Of a DNA stretch of 64,000 bases, positions 1 through 9,662 are shown one piece after another. Each line of letters starts with the position of its first letter. Position 1 is the first letter of the stretch. Under the pieces are notes generated by a model, which had not been told where the DNA came from, searched no databases, and saw only the letters and a list, made by a program, of their open reading frames with translations. The position numbers and the translations under genes were made by a program. Source of the stretch: Bacteroidaceae bacterium (GTDB lineage: Bacteria > Bacteroidota > Bacteroidia > Bacteroidales > Bacteroidaceae); the NCBI GenBank assembly GCA_017464815.1, contig JAFTYI010000005.1:22034-86033 (forward strand), written 5' to 3'.

Positions 1-120
1 TTCGACAGCCCCCGATTGTTTAAATTGTCTAAAAAAGGCTGTTAAATGTCCCATTTTTCGGAAAATATTGTTCAGAAGTGAAAAAGAAACATTATTTTTG
101 CCCGATATTAACGAAAGACT

Positions 121-951
121 ATGGCTGACGATTCTTTTTTTCTCATAGACGTTGACAAGATTCTGGCATCGAAAGCCGGAAAGAAGGCAAAGTATGTGCC
201 AGGCTTTCTGGTTTCGTACCTGAAGAAAATTGTGCATCAGGAGGAAATCAACGAATACCTGCTCAGTGTGAAGGAAAAGCGCGGTGTCCCCTTCCTGGAG
301 GCCACGCTGGAGTACCTCGACACGAAGATTGAAGTCGAAGGCTTGGAGAACCTGCCCGACGACGGACGCCTCTGCACCTTTGTGAGCAACCATCCGCTGG
401 GTGGGCAAGACGGCATTTCGCTCGGATGCATCCTCGGCAAGCACTACGACGGAAAGATAAAATACCTGGTGAACGACCTGCTGATGAACCTCTACGGACT
501 GGCCCCCCTGTGTGTGCCCATCAACAAGACAGGCTCCCAGGCACGCGACTTCCCCCAGATGGTGGAGGCCGCCTTCCGCTCCGACGACCACATCATCATG
601 TTCCCCGCCGGACTCTGTTCGCGACGCCAACCCGACGGCACCATCTGCGACCTGGAGTGGAAAAAGGCATTCGTGGTGAAGAGCGTGCAGACCCGGCGCG
701 ACGTAGTGCCCATCTACTTCGAGGGACGCAACTCCGACTTCTTCTACTCGCTGGCCAACTGGTGCAAGCGGCTGGGAATCAAGTTCAACATAGCCATGCT
801 CTATCTGGCCGACGAAATGTTCAAGAACAAACACAAGACTTTCCGCGTCGTCATCGGCAAACCCATCCCCTGGCAGACCTTCGACAAATCGAAGACCCCC
901 ACCGAATGGGCCGAGCACGTGAAAGGAATCGTTTACAACCTGAAAGAATAA
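121..951 (+). CDS. glsA: PlsC-like acyltransferase, probable glycine-lipid O-acyltransferase (GlsA-like)
   Basis: HX4D motif (SNHPLGGQDG) and IMFPAG block; directly upstream of a GNAT N-acyltransferase, as in Bacteroides glsAB; -7 box TATTTTTG at 93-100. Confidence 0.75.
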   Translation: MADDSFFLIDVDKILASKAGKKAKYVPGFLVSYLKKIVHQEEINEYLLSVKEKRGVPFLEATLEYLDTKIEVEGLENLPDDGRLCTFVSNHPLGGQDGISLGCILGKHYDGKIKYLVNDLLMNLYGLAPLCVPINKTGSQARDFPQMVEAAFRSDDHIIMFPAGLCSRRQPDGTICDLEWKKAFVVKSVQTRRDVVPIYFEGRNSDFFYSLANWCKRLGIKFNIAMLYLADEMFKNKHKTFRVVIGKPIPWQTFDKSKTPTEWAEHVKGIVYNLKE

Positions 952-965
952 TCTAACAAAACATA

Positions 966-1949
966 ATGGAAGAGATAATCGCTCCGATAAGTAAAGAGAT
1001 ACTGAAGTCAGAACTGACAGAAGACAAGCGCTTGCGCCGAACCAACAAGAGCAACAACGACATCTACATCGTTACTGCCCACAACGCCCCCAACGTGATG
1101 AAAGAGATTGGGCGCCTGCGCGAAATAGCCTTCCGTGCAGGAGGCGGAGGCACAGGCCTTTCGATGGACATCGACGAGTACGACACCATGGAGAACCCCT
1201 ACCGCCAGCTCATCGTATGGAATCCCGAGTCAGAAGAAATCATCGGCGGCTACCGCTACCTGCTGGGCACCGACGTGCGCATGGACGAACACGGCCACCC
1301 CATTCTGGCCACCGCCCACATGTTCAACTTCTCGCAAGAGTTCCTCACCGAATACCTGCCCCAGACCATCGAGCTGGGCCGTTCGTTCGTCACCCTCGAG
1401 TACCAGTCGACCCGCTCCGACGCCAAAGGCATCTTCGCCCTCGACAACCTGTGGGACGGGTTGGGCGCACTCACCGTGTTGAAGCCCGACGTGAAGTACT
1501 TCTTCGGCAAGATGACCATGTACCCCTCGTACAACCGCCGCGGACGCGACATGATACTCTACTTCCTCAAGAAACACTTCGGCGACAAGGACGCATTGGT
1601 GGTTCCCGCCGAACCCCTGCAACTCGAAACAGACGAAAAGGAACTGGCGGCCCTCTTCTGCGAAGACGATTTCAAGGCCGACTACCGCATCCTCAACCGC
1701 GAAGTGCGCAACCTCGGGTGCAACATCCCCCCGTTGGTGAATGCCTACATGAGCCTCTCCCCCACCATGCGCATGTTCGGCACCGCCATCAACTACGAGT
1801 TTGGCGACGTGGAAGAGACCGGCATCCTGATTGCCGTCAACGAAATTCTCGAAGAGAAGCGCATCCGCCACATGGACTCCTTTGCCAAGCAACACCCCGA
1901 AATCTTGGAATTCAAGCATGGAGCCGGTTTGCTGGAGATAGAGCTATAA
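966..1949 (+). CDS. glsB: GNAT-family N-acyltransferase, probable glycine N-acyltransferase (GlsB/OlsB-like, often annotated hemolysin)
   Basis: EIGRLREIAF, DIDEYD, IIGGYR and IELGRSFV motifs; 14 bp after the PlsC-like gene. Confidence 0.8.
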   Translation: MEEIIAPISKEILKSELTEDKRLRRTNKSNNDIYIVTAHNAPNVMKEIGRLREIAFRAGGGGTGLSMDIDEYDTMENPYRQLIVWNPESEEIIGGYRYLLGTDVRMDEHGHPILATAHMFNFSQEFLTEYLPQTIELGRSFVTLEYQSTRSDAKGIFALDNLWDGLGALTVLKPDVKYFFGKMTMYPSYNRRGRDMILYFLKKHFGDKDALVVPAEPLQLETDEKELAALFCEDDFKADYRILNREVRNLGCNIPPLVNAYMSLSPTMRMFGTAINYEFGDVEETGILIAVNEILEEKRIRHMDSFAKQHPEILEFKHGAGLLEIEL

Positions 1950-1970
1950 GCTACACCATATACGCGATAC

Positions 1971-2034
1971 GCCCGAAAGATACGGATGTTAAGCCCGAAA
2001 GATCTAAATCTTCAGCGCTTAACATCCGTATCTT
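1971..2034. repeat. 22-bp-period direct repeat plus perfect 18-bp inverted repeat (possible terminator)
   Basis: GCCCGAAAGAT at 1971 and 1993; AAGATACGGATGTTAAGC 1977-1994 pairs with 2017-2034. Confidence 0.8.
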
Positions 2035-2304
2035 CTAGCCCTGTCGACCGTATGTCAAACAGCCATCGCCAACAGCCATCGCCATCGTCATCGCCAACAG
2101 CCATCGCCTAAAAACCACCTCCCTACACCCTAAACCATAATCCCTAAACCACCCTTCACAGCCTTCACAGCCTCGTAACCCACTGACCCACACCCGCTTT
2201 CTGTGAACGCAAGCCCATTCACCACCATTCACAGGCTTCACAAATGACCCACTTTGTCATCTTTTCAGAATTTTATATGTATCAAATGTTGCATCGCCCG
2301 ATTT

Positions 2305-3351
2305 TTATATGTATGATTTGTTGCATGAGAGGGAATCAAGCAATTCGCGGCACTCTTTCCGATAGCTCTTCACCGAGTTGGGAGCCAAGCAGGCGGCACG
2401 AGCCATCATCTCCATATCGTCCAGGCCGAGAGCCATCATGTAACACATGGCAAGTTTGCCCCTGTTAAGTTCACAACCCACCAGAATCTGGTGCAATTCA
2501 GGGTCCTCATCCTCCAGCAGTCCCTGCAATATGGGCAGGTATTCCGACGGATGAATGTCATACTTTGCCAGAATCTCATCACCATACCTCAACTGAAGCA
2601 ACATATCCACCGCAACAGAGTCTCGTCCATGCATCACAAAGTAATCAATCCGCAGGTCTATCCTCCTCTGGTGTTCCATCTGTTCCACCTGCTCCGCCTT
2701 CCGCTTCAACTGTTTCTCCAGCTCCGCCAGTTGCCGTTTGAGTCCCTCCTCAGTCGAGCCTTTTTCCCGCTCTTTACTCTTCAGCCCTTTGATGTCCGCC
2801 TCCAGGCTTTTGATGCCATCTTTCATGCGGTTGATTTCATCCCGATGCTCTTTTTTCATCTCCCCCAACGCCTTCCTCAGCCGTTCTACCACATTGGCCT
2901 GATTGGTCATTGCCCCTTTCAGTTGCCCCAAGTTGATGGAGGCATCCGTCAACGCCTGTTCTTTGCTCAGCATGAACCGGCAGTGCCTGCGCTTCACTAT
3001 CATGTATATGATTCCCGAGGCCACCACAGTCACCACAATCCCCACGGTCAGCCAAAGTCTCCACCCCGACAACGTGCGATTCTCCTCCATGAGCATCACA
3101 TTCTTCCGCCTTATGGGAATTTCAATCTCTTTGCTCCTCAGATTCTGAAGGGCATTTTCGTTGACACATTCGCGATACAACTCATACTTGTCCACCTCCT
3201 CCAATTCCGACAGGGACTTGTATGCGCTGGTCGGCTCTGACTCCATGCGCTCCTCAGCCATGAGGAGACACTGTTCTGCACTACGGTCACACCCTGCCAG
3301 CAAAGCCAGCAGAGCCACTAAAACAAGACAGGTTTTCATCAATCGGTTCAT
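2305..3351 (-). CDS. Membrane-anchored putative transcriptional regulator (lipoprotein-like signal, short periplasmic part, TM, coiled coil, C-terminal LuxR-like HTH)
   Basis: LLAGC lipobox; TM WLTVGIVVTVVASGIIYMIV; long coiled coil; C-terminal CYMMALGL..MARAACLAPNSVKSYRKECR; divergent from accessory genes. Confidence 0.6.
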   Translation of the reverse strand: MNRLMKTCLVLVALLALLAGCDRSAEQCLLMAEERMESEPTSAYKSLSELEEVDKYELYRECVNENALQNLRSKEIEIPIRRKNVMLMEENRTLSGWRLWLTVGIVVTVVASGIIYMIVKRRHCRFMLSKEQALTDASINLGQLKGAMTNQANVVERLRKALGEMKKEHRDEINRMKDGIKSLEADIKGLKSKEREKGSTEEGLKRQLAELEKQLKRKAEQVEQMEHQRRIDLRIDYFVMHGRDSVAVDMLLQLRYGDEILAKYDIHPSEYLPILQGLLEDEDPELHQILVGCELNRGKLAMCYMMALGLDDMEMMARAACLAPNSVKSYRKECRELLDSLSCNKSYI

Positions 3352-3695
3352 ATCACATCAAGGTTTCATCGCTACAAAGTAACTCATAATTCTTCAATCT
3401 CACAAAACCCGACGGACAAACACCCCTCCTTTCCCCTACAAAAGTGAGTGAAAACACGGCTAAAACCGCTCAAAAACTGCATTTATATCCGGCATAGCGC
3501 ACCACCTCAAAAAGGCATCAACCTCTCTTGTTTTCAACAACTTACGCAGCACCCTCAACCCTCTTTCCTGACAGGCGCGGATGGTCACCCCCTTCTTTTT
3601 CATCAAAAAAGCTATTGACAACTCGAATATTTCTTCATACCTTTGCATCACCAAATGAACAAACACGTTCACGGATAGTTGCCAATGATTGAATT

Positions 3696-4172
3696 ATGAA
3701 AACAAGGATATTGATTTTACTATCAATTTTCTGCTTGTCTATGGCAGAGGTACAAATAAAGAAAGATTCAGCTTTGAAAGTTGAATTAGATTATGATGCC
3801 ACGAATAAATTTATTCACATGACAATTGTTAACAATGAAGCAGATACAGCATTCATATATTGTTCCTCATTAAATGGATCAGTCGTAAATATAAATTTCC
3901 TAAGACAAAACGAATCAGACGACATTACAGGAGACGTTAGCAACTTTGGATTAGGAACTCATTATAAACAACCGTTTATAAAATTGGCTCCCAAAGAGGC
4001 ATATAAATATACGTACGAATTTGGAAAGTATATAGAATACGAATATCGTAAATCGAGTTTCAATCGAATCCGTTTTAACTACAACATCAGGTATTTTATC
4101 ACTCCTTATGAAAAAGGAACATTTGAAATCAAATTTTTAAAAGGCGAGAAAATTTTTAAAAGGACGTTATAA
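3696..4172 (+). CDS. Hypothetical secreted protein (AT-rich)
   Basis: N-terminal signal peptide; 158 aa; -7 box TACCTTTG at 3638-3645. Confidence 0.65.
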   Translation: MKTRILILLSIFCLSMAEVQIKKDSALKVELDYDATNKFIHMTIVNNEADTAFIYCSSLNGSVVNINFLRQNESDDITGDVSNFGLGTHYKQPFIKLAPKEAYKYTYEFGKYIEYEYRKSSFNRIRFNYNIRYFITPYEKGTFEIKFLKGEKIFKRTL

Positions 4173-4198
4173 TATCACAAAACCAAACATTACTCGAC

Positions 4199-4633
4199 AT
4201 GAAAAAGAGATTTATCTGGTGTATGCTCGGCCTGCTGGTAGCGGGAGGCATACAGGCGCAAGAAGAGAACAAAAGTGTTGCAGCCGAGAAAACTGAAAAG
4301 GTTTATCAGGCAGTAGAAAAGATGCCAGAGTTCCCTGGTGGGACGAAAAGACTGATGAGCTGGCTGCAACAGAACATACAGTACCCGAAGGAATCATTGA
4401 AGCAAGGGAAGCAGGGACGTGTCATCATCACATTTGTAATAAACAAGGATGGAAAAGCCGTCGAACCCTCCATTGTCAGAAGTGTAGACCCCTATATTGA
4501 CAAAGAGGCCATCCGCCTTGTACACCGGATGCCCAAATGGAAACCGGGAGAAGAAAAGGGAGAACCTGTGCGCGTCAAGTTTACGTTGCCTATACAATTC
4601 CGACTGCAAAGTCCGGCTGAGAGAAGAAGATAA
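4199..4633 (+). CDS. TonB C-terminal domain protein
   Basis: MPEFPGG..IQYP..GKQGRVIITFVI..MPKWKPG..PVRVKFTLPIQF; signal peptide, no Pro-rich linker. Confidence 0.9.
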   Translation: MKKRFIWCMLGLLVAGGIQAQEENKSVAAEKTEKVYQAVEKMPEFPGGTKRLMSWLQQNIQYPKESLKQGKQGRVIITFVINKDGKAVEPSIVRSVDPYIDKEAIRLVHRMPKWKPGEEKGEPVRVKFTLPIQFRLQSPAERRR

Positions 4634-5318
4634 AGGTTCGACAAGCTATCATGCGGAGGAAAGTAGCGGTGAAGTGATGTTGACATTGAAGCATTGAGGC
4701 GTTAATGACAGAGCGTATATATTAGTTTTAAAGATAGAAACTGTTAATTCCGTTCGCCAACCGAACAAACACGGTTGCGAGCGGAATTATTAGTTTACAA
4801 GGAGGCAACGAATATACTAAGGAGGCAAGTTGTGGAGTATGGAAGTCCAAGCGTGGAGTATGGAAGTGCACGTCTTGAGTATGAAAGCCTGGGGCAGGAA
4901 AGAGTTTCAACCTTTTCATGCCACATTGACAATAAGAATAGTTGTTTGAACAATTGATGGACAAAAGTGCATAGTTCATGCACTTGAAAACTCACAAAAC
5001 GTGCACGAATGTGGCACCAAAGTGCCAACTTTGTGCACAGATTAAAATATTGTTTCTTCTTGATTTTTACAGCATTGCGCAATCCTCTCACGCGTGCGCG
5101 TTATAGAGAAGATAAGAGAAGAACAGAACAGAACAGATAAGAGAAGAATAATAAAGAAGAGAAGAAAGAGTGGTGCGATTTAATAACGACTACATAGAAA
5201 TTGAAGTTTATACATGGCGCTACAAATACAAACGTTTATGAAACAGGAATACAAATGGTGTAAATCAGAAAGCTGTACTTTTGCAGCGGAAGAAACGAGT
5301 TATACATTGTGTACAATT

Positions 5319-7295
5319 ATGAACCAAACAAAGCGAACTTATAGAACAACAGCAAAAAGTCTGCTCATTGCACTGTTCGCTCTCACCACACTGGCAGCCT
5401 GCACCTCTCGCGAACCCGACTACTTGGAACAGTCCTTGCAGTTGGCAGGGGAGAACCGTGGAGAGCTGGAGAAGGTGCTGGAACACTACAAGGGCCATCC
5501 GCAAAAGTTGGCTGCGGCACGATTCCTGATTGAGAACATGCCGGCACAGTATTCCTACAAAGGGGACGGGATTGACGGGTATTACCGCGATGCCAGAGGG
5601 GTGTTCCGCACCGGCCTTTCGCCCAAGCAGCAGGCGGATTCTGCGGCTTATCTGGCTGCTGTGGTCTATCCGGGATTGGAGGCTGACACCATCAGCGATG
5701 TGAAGGTGGTGACTTCGGAATTCCTGATTCAGAACATCGACAAGGCGTTCACCGAGTGGGAGACCCGCCCGTGGGCGGCTCACCTGACATTCGAACAGTT
5801 CTGTGAATGGTTGCTCCCCTACAAGGTGGTCAATCTGCAAAGTCTGGACGGGTGGCGCGACACCTTGTCGTCCTACTTCACATGGGGACTGAACAACATG
5901 GTGCACGACGATGACACCTACGAGACCACCATCAATGCGGCCAACACCATCCGCAACGAGATAAACTGGCGCATCAAGCCCTTCGGCATCTATTACAGTG
6001 CAAAGGGCTATCCGTTCCTCAGTGCGGGCACCATGCCCTACTTCACCTTCGGCAATTGTCGCGACTATGTGACCGTGGCCGTTTCCACCTTCCGCAGTGT
6101 GGGCATCCCGGCCGTGATTGACGAGACTCCCTACTGGGGTCGCTACCGGGCAGGGCACTGTTGGTACACACTGCTCAACAACCGTGGCGAGGAGCTGACT
6201 TCCGAATGGGACATCTCTTCCATTCCCGGCGGCTCGTTCTTTACGGACAAACGCATCCCCAAGGTCTTCCGCAACACCTTCGCCATCAACCGCGAGCGGG
6301 AGCGGAACCTAGCCACCTCGGCCTACAGGCATCCGTTTGAGGTGTGCCAGAGCGATGTCACCGACCAGTACTTCAACACCTCCGATTTGGAGGTCCCTGT
6401 GTTCGAGGACTTCCGTCCTGTGGAGGAGTATGCCTACATCGCCACCTTCACGGCCATCGGGTCAGACTGGAGCATTGTAGATTTCGGCCATTTGAAGGAG
6501 AGGAAGGCACATTTTTCCCGCATGGGTCGCAATGTACTCTATCTTGCCATGGGGTACGACGGAAACAGTCTGCGGCCTATCTCACGGCCGTTCATTCTCC
6601 ACACCAACGGCGAGGTGGAATACATCATTCCCGACACCTCCCGAATGAGGCCGGTGGATGCCCGACGCAAATATTACCAGTCGAAGAATGTGGCGACCAT
6701 GCGCAAACGCATCCTGAACGGACGGGTACAGTGTGCCGACAGGAAGGACTTCTCGGATGCCGTCACGCTCTACACCATCGAGAACGTTTGGATTCCCGAC
6801 AAGATTGCCTTGAAGGCCGACAAACCATACCGCTATTGGCGCTATCTGTCACCCGAGAAAAGTCATGGCAACATTGCGGAGCTCTGTTTCTTCGATGCAG
6901 CGGGCACGCCCATCAGCGGTACCCCCATCAGCAACATCGACAACAGGGACATCATCAACCGTGCCTTCGACAACGACTGGCTGACCAATTTCGACGTGGG
7001 CAATCCCGACGGCAATTGGGTGGGCATGGACATGAGCAAGGGTGTCAGCGTGGCCTCTGTCCGCATTGTCCCACGTAGTGACGACAACGACATCCACCCG
7101 GGTGACACCTACGAACTCCGCTATTGGAACGAGAACAACACCTGGACATCCTGCGGCATACAGGTGGCGGACAGCAATGTGCTGCATTACGACAGCATCC
7201 CCCAAGGAGCGTTGATGTGGATAATCAACCACACTCGGGGAATGGATGAACGGGCGTTCCTGATAGATGAGGAGGGAAAGGTGAAGTGGTGGTAA
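5319..7295 (+). CDS. Transglutaminase-like domain lipoprotein with C-terminal discoidin/F5-8-like domain
   Basis: Lipobox LAAC; LQLAGENRGELEKVL and FLIENM N-terminal motifs; putative catalytic GNCRDY and GHCW; YRYWRY/IAELCFF/AFDND C-terminal module. Start moved to ATG 5319, after -7 box TACTTTTG 5276-5283. Confidence 0.8.
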   Translation: MNQTKRTYRTTAKSLLIALFALTTLAACTSREPDYLEQSLQLAGENRGELEKVLEHYKGHPQKLAAARFLIENMPAQYSYKGDGIDGYYRDARGVFRTGLSPKQQADSAAYLAAVVYPGLEADTISDVKVVTSEFLIQNIDKAFTEWETRPWAAHLTFEQFCEWLLPYKVVNLQSLDGWRDTLSSYFTWGLNNMVHDDDTYETTINAANTIRNEINWRIKPFGIYYSAKGYPFLSAGTMPYFTFGNCRDYVTVAVSTFRSVGIPAVIDETPYWGRYRAGHCWYTLLNNRGEELTSEWDISSIPGGSFFTDKRIPKVFRNTFAINRERERNLATSAYRHPFEVCQSDVTDQYFNTSDLEVPVFEDFRPVEEYAYIATFTAIGSDWSIVDFGHLKERKAHFSRMGRNVLYLAMGYDGNSLRPISRPFILHTNGEVEYIIPDTSRMRPVDARRKYYQSKNVATMRKRILNGRVQCADRKDFSDAVTLYTIENVWIPDKIALKADKPYRYWRYLSPEKSHGNIAELCFFDAAGTPISGTPISNIDNRDIINRAFDNDWLTNFDVGNPDGNWVGMDMSKGVSVASVRIVPRSDDNDIHPGDTYELRYWNENNTWTSCGIQVADSNVLHYDSIPQGALMWIINHTRGMDERAFLIDEEGKVKWW

Positions 7296-7303
7296 GCACT
7301 TTG

Positions 7304-7343
7304 AATTAAAAATTAAAAATTAAAAGTTAAAAATTAAAGATTA
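7304..7343. repeat. AT-rich heptamer tandem repeat (AATTAAA/AGTTAAA)n
   Basis: Seen directly; near-identical inverted array at 14320-14382. Confidence 0.8.
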
Positions 7344-7399
7344 GTGGCAAGTTTAGAGAGAAACTAAGTTCAATTATTAATAATTAAAACAAAAAAACA

Positions 7400-8059
7400 A
7401 TGAAACATTTATTAAAAATCAGCTATTTTATTGTCTTTGCAACGATTGTTGCAAGTGTATCTACTTCATGTGGAAATGAGAGTGAACCTTTTATGGAAGA
7501 CCCCAACAGTCTTGACATCAACTTGCTTGTACCATTAACAAGAAGTTCTCCTCAAGAAATAACAGACAATTTCACTTATAGAGAAGTACCAGTGGAAACA
7601 AATGAGTGTATGCTTAATGCACTCCTCCGGATAGCTGTGCTTAATAGCAAACCTGTTTTTGGAAGGAGAATCAGTCCTACATATACTGCAAAACAGGCAT
7701 ATTATGCAGTGAGAGATTCTGCTGTTGGATACTCCCAAAATAAATCCAAATACGAAAACTCTTATACAAATGGAGCTATGACACCGTCATTAGGTGCTGA
7801 AGTTGGTGAAAAAAGTGGAATATTAACTGGTAAAATAAGAAAATTTTCCAATTATGATGACCTCTATCGTTTTTTGAACGATGGGGAATGGGCGCACGAC
7901 GGTAAATGCATCATCAATTTTACACATGAAGGAAATAGTCATTCAAGCATCTGTAAAGGAGCGAAAAATAACTATACAATTAAAGTTCATTCTACGCAAT
8001 ATGGCACTGAGAGTATGGAACCCACAAAACAGTATACAAATATATCCATCATATATTAA
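7400..8059 (+). CDS. Hypothetical lipoprotein, possible papain-fold (C39-like) Cys/His enzyme
   Basis: Lipobox STSC followed by acidic residues; NECMLNAL and GNSHSSIC motifs; AT-rich. Confidence 0.55.
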   Translation: MKHLLKISYFIVFATIVASVSTSCGNESEPFMEDPNSLDINLLVPLTRSSPQEITDNFTYREVPVETNECMLNALLRIAVLNSKPVFGRRISPTYTAKQAYYAVRDSAVGYSQNKSKYENSYTNGAMTPSLGAEVGEKSGILTGKIRKFSNYDDLYRFLNDGEWAHDGKCIINFTHEGNSHSSICKGAKNNYTIKVHSTQYGTESMEPTKQYTNISIIY

Positions 8060-8081
8060 ATTTAAGTATTAAACAATTGTC

Positions 8082-9656
8082 ATGAAAATAAAAAAAACGT
8101 TTCTATTTTATACAATATTTCTATTCTTAAGTTTGTCGAGTGTCTGTGGACAATCAATTTTCACCGCAAACGGTTTCGAATGTGAAATGATGAGAGATAG
8201 CACTCTCATCATTTCTCGTAAACCTTGTCCATATTTTATGGAAGAAAACATAGATTCTGTGTTTCGTATTCCTTCAGCTATTGAATACGAAGGTAAAACT
8301 TACCAAGTAAGTAGAATTGCACAACGGGGTTTTGCAGGTAATGCCGACATCAAGCATTTGGTCATAGATGAAGGAATTAAGCAAATTCATGAGGAAGCAT
8401 TCAGTTCTTGCATCAATTTACAATCTATACGAATTCCCGCATCCATTGTCAATATCGAAGAACTTATTTTTGACAATTGTTACAATTTGGAAAGCATTAT
8501 AGTAGATCCTGCCAATGAAGATTATGATTCGCGAGACAATTGCAATGCCATCATTGAAACTGGAAGAGAAATGCTCATTGCTGCATGTTTTCAATCCCGT
8601 ATTCCATCCGGTATTGCGACCATTGGAGTTGGCGCTTTCACCAATTGTTTGAATTTGCAAAAAATCACCATCCCTGAAGGAATTACACGAATTGAAGATC
8701 TTGCGTTTTCTGAATGTGAAAACCTAGAAAGCATTTCCCTACCACAATCATTAGAATATGTCGGACAATATGTTTTTAGAGGCTGTACATCTTTACAATC
8801 AATCATCATACCTAAGAATGTCAAGAAAATAATCTATGGTGGTTTGTTCTGTAATTGTAACCAACTGAAATCTTTGGCGGTAGAAGCGGGAAATAAAGTG
8901 TATGATTCACGACAAAACTGCAATGCGATTATCGAAACAGAAAATAACAAACTCGTAACAGCTTGTGTAGGAACCCGTCTTGTAGAGGGCATTCAAGAAA
9001 TCGGAGAACATGCATTCGAGGGACTTCCTCTATATAGCGTACATATCCCCCAAACAGTCATGAAGATAGGTCATGGAGCATTCTTTCAATGTAACAAACT
9101 GATGTCTATTACTGTTGATGAGAAGAACCCATTCTATACTTCTCCTACCGGAAGCAATGCCATTCTTTCTAAAGATACAAAGACTTTAGTCTTGGGATGT
9201 GCTGGAACAGTTATTCCTGAAGGTATTGTAAAAATCGGCAAATGTGCATTTTCGGGGAACGAAGTTCCTACAAAGACATTGTTTCTGCCTGAAGGAATCA
9301 AAGTTATCAGAGAATTTGCCTTTAGCCAATGTTCCAATTTACAAATGGTTGTTATCCCATCTTCTGTTGAATCCATCGAGGATTGGGCTTTTAGTTCATG
9401 TCCAAATCTGAATATTGTACAATTTAAAGGAGGAAGTAAGAATATAGATTCTTCTGCATTTTTTAACAGCAAAAGATTAGCTGTCGTTGACCTTCCTAAA
9501 GGGATAACAACTATAGGTTACAGCACTTTCGCAGGTTGTACAAACCTTCATAGTGTGAGTATACCATCTTCACTTATCGAAATAAGACATGGAGCATTCG
9601 AAGATTGCCCCTGTGAAAAAGAAGTTCTGCAAATGATACAGAAAAAAATCGAATAA
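8082..9656 (+). CDS. BspA-type (LRR_5) leucine-rich repeat protein
   Basis: Repeated AFxxCxNLxSIxIPxxVxxIG units; three YDSRxNCNAII-type inserts. Confidence 0.9.
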   Translation: MKIKKTFLFYTIFLFLSLSSVCGQSIFTANGFECEMMRDSTLIISRKPCPYFMEENIDSVFRIPSAIEYEGKTYQVSRIAQRGFAGNADIKHLVIDEGIKQIHEEAFSSCINLQSIRIPASIVNIEELIFDNCYNLESIIVDPANEDYDSRDNCNAIIETGREMLIAACFQSRIPSGIATIGVGAFTNCLNLQKITIPEGITRIEDLAFSECENLESISLPQSLEYVGQYVFRGCTSLQSIIIPKNVKKIIYGGLFCNCNQLKSLAVEAGNKVYDSRQNCNAIIETENNKLVTACVGTRLVEGIQEIGEHAFEGLPLYSVHIPQTVMKIGHGAFFQCNKLMSITVDEKNPFYTSPTGSNAILSKDTKTLVLGCAGTVIPEGIVKIGKCAFSGNEVPTKTLFLPEGIKVIREFAFSQCSNLQMVVIPSSVESIEDWAFSSCPNLNIVQFKGGSKNIDSSAFFNSKRLAVVDLPKGITTIGYSTFAGCTNLHSVSIPSSLIEIRHGAFEDCPCEKEVLQMIQKKIE

Positions 9657-9662
9657 TTGCTG

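Noticed and set aside
1-13. IS terminal repeat (TTCGACAGCCCC) at the window edge
   Set aside because: Too short and truncated by the window; no partner or transposase visible
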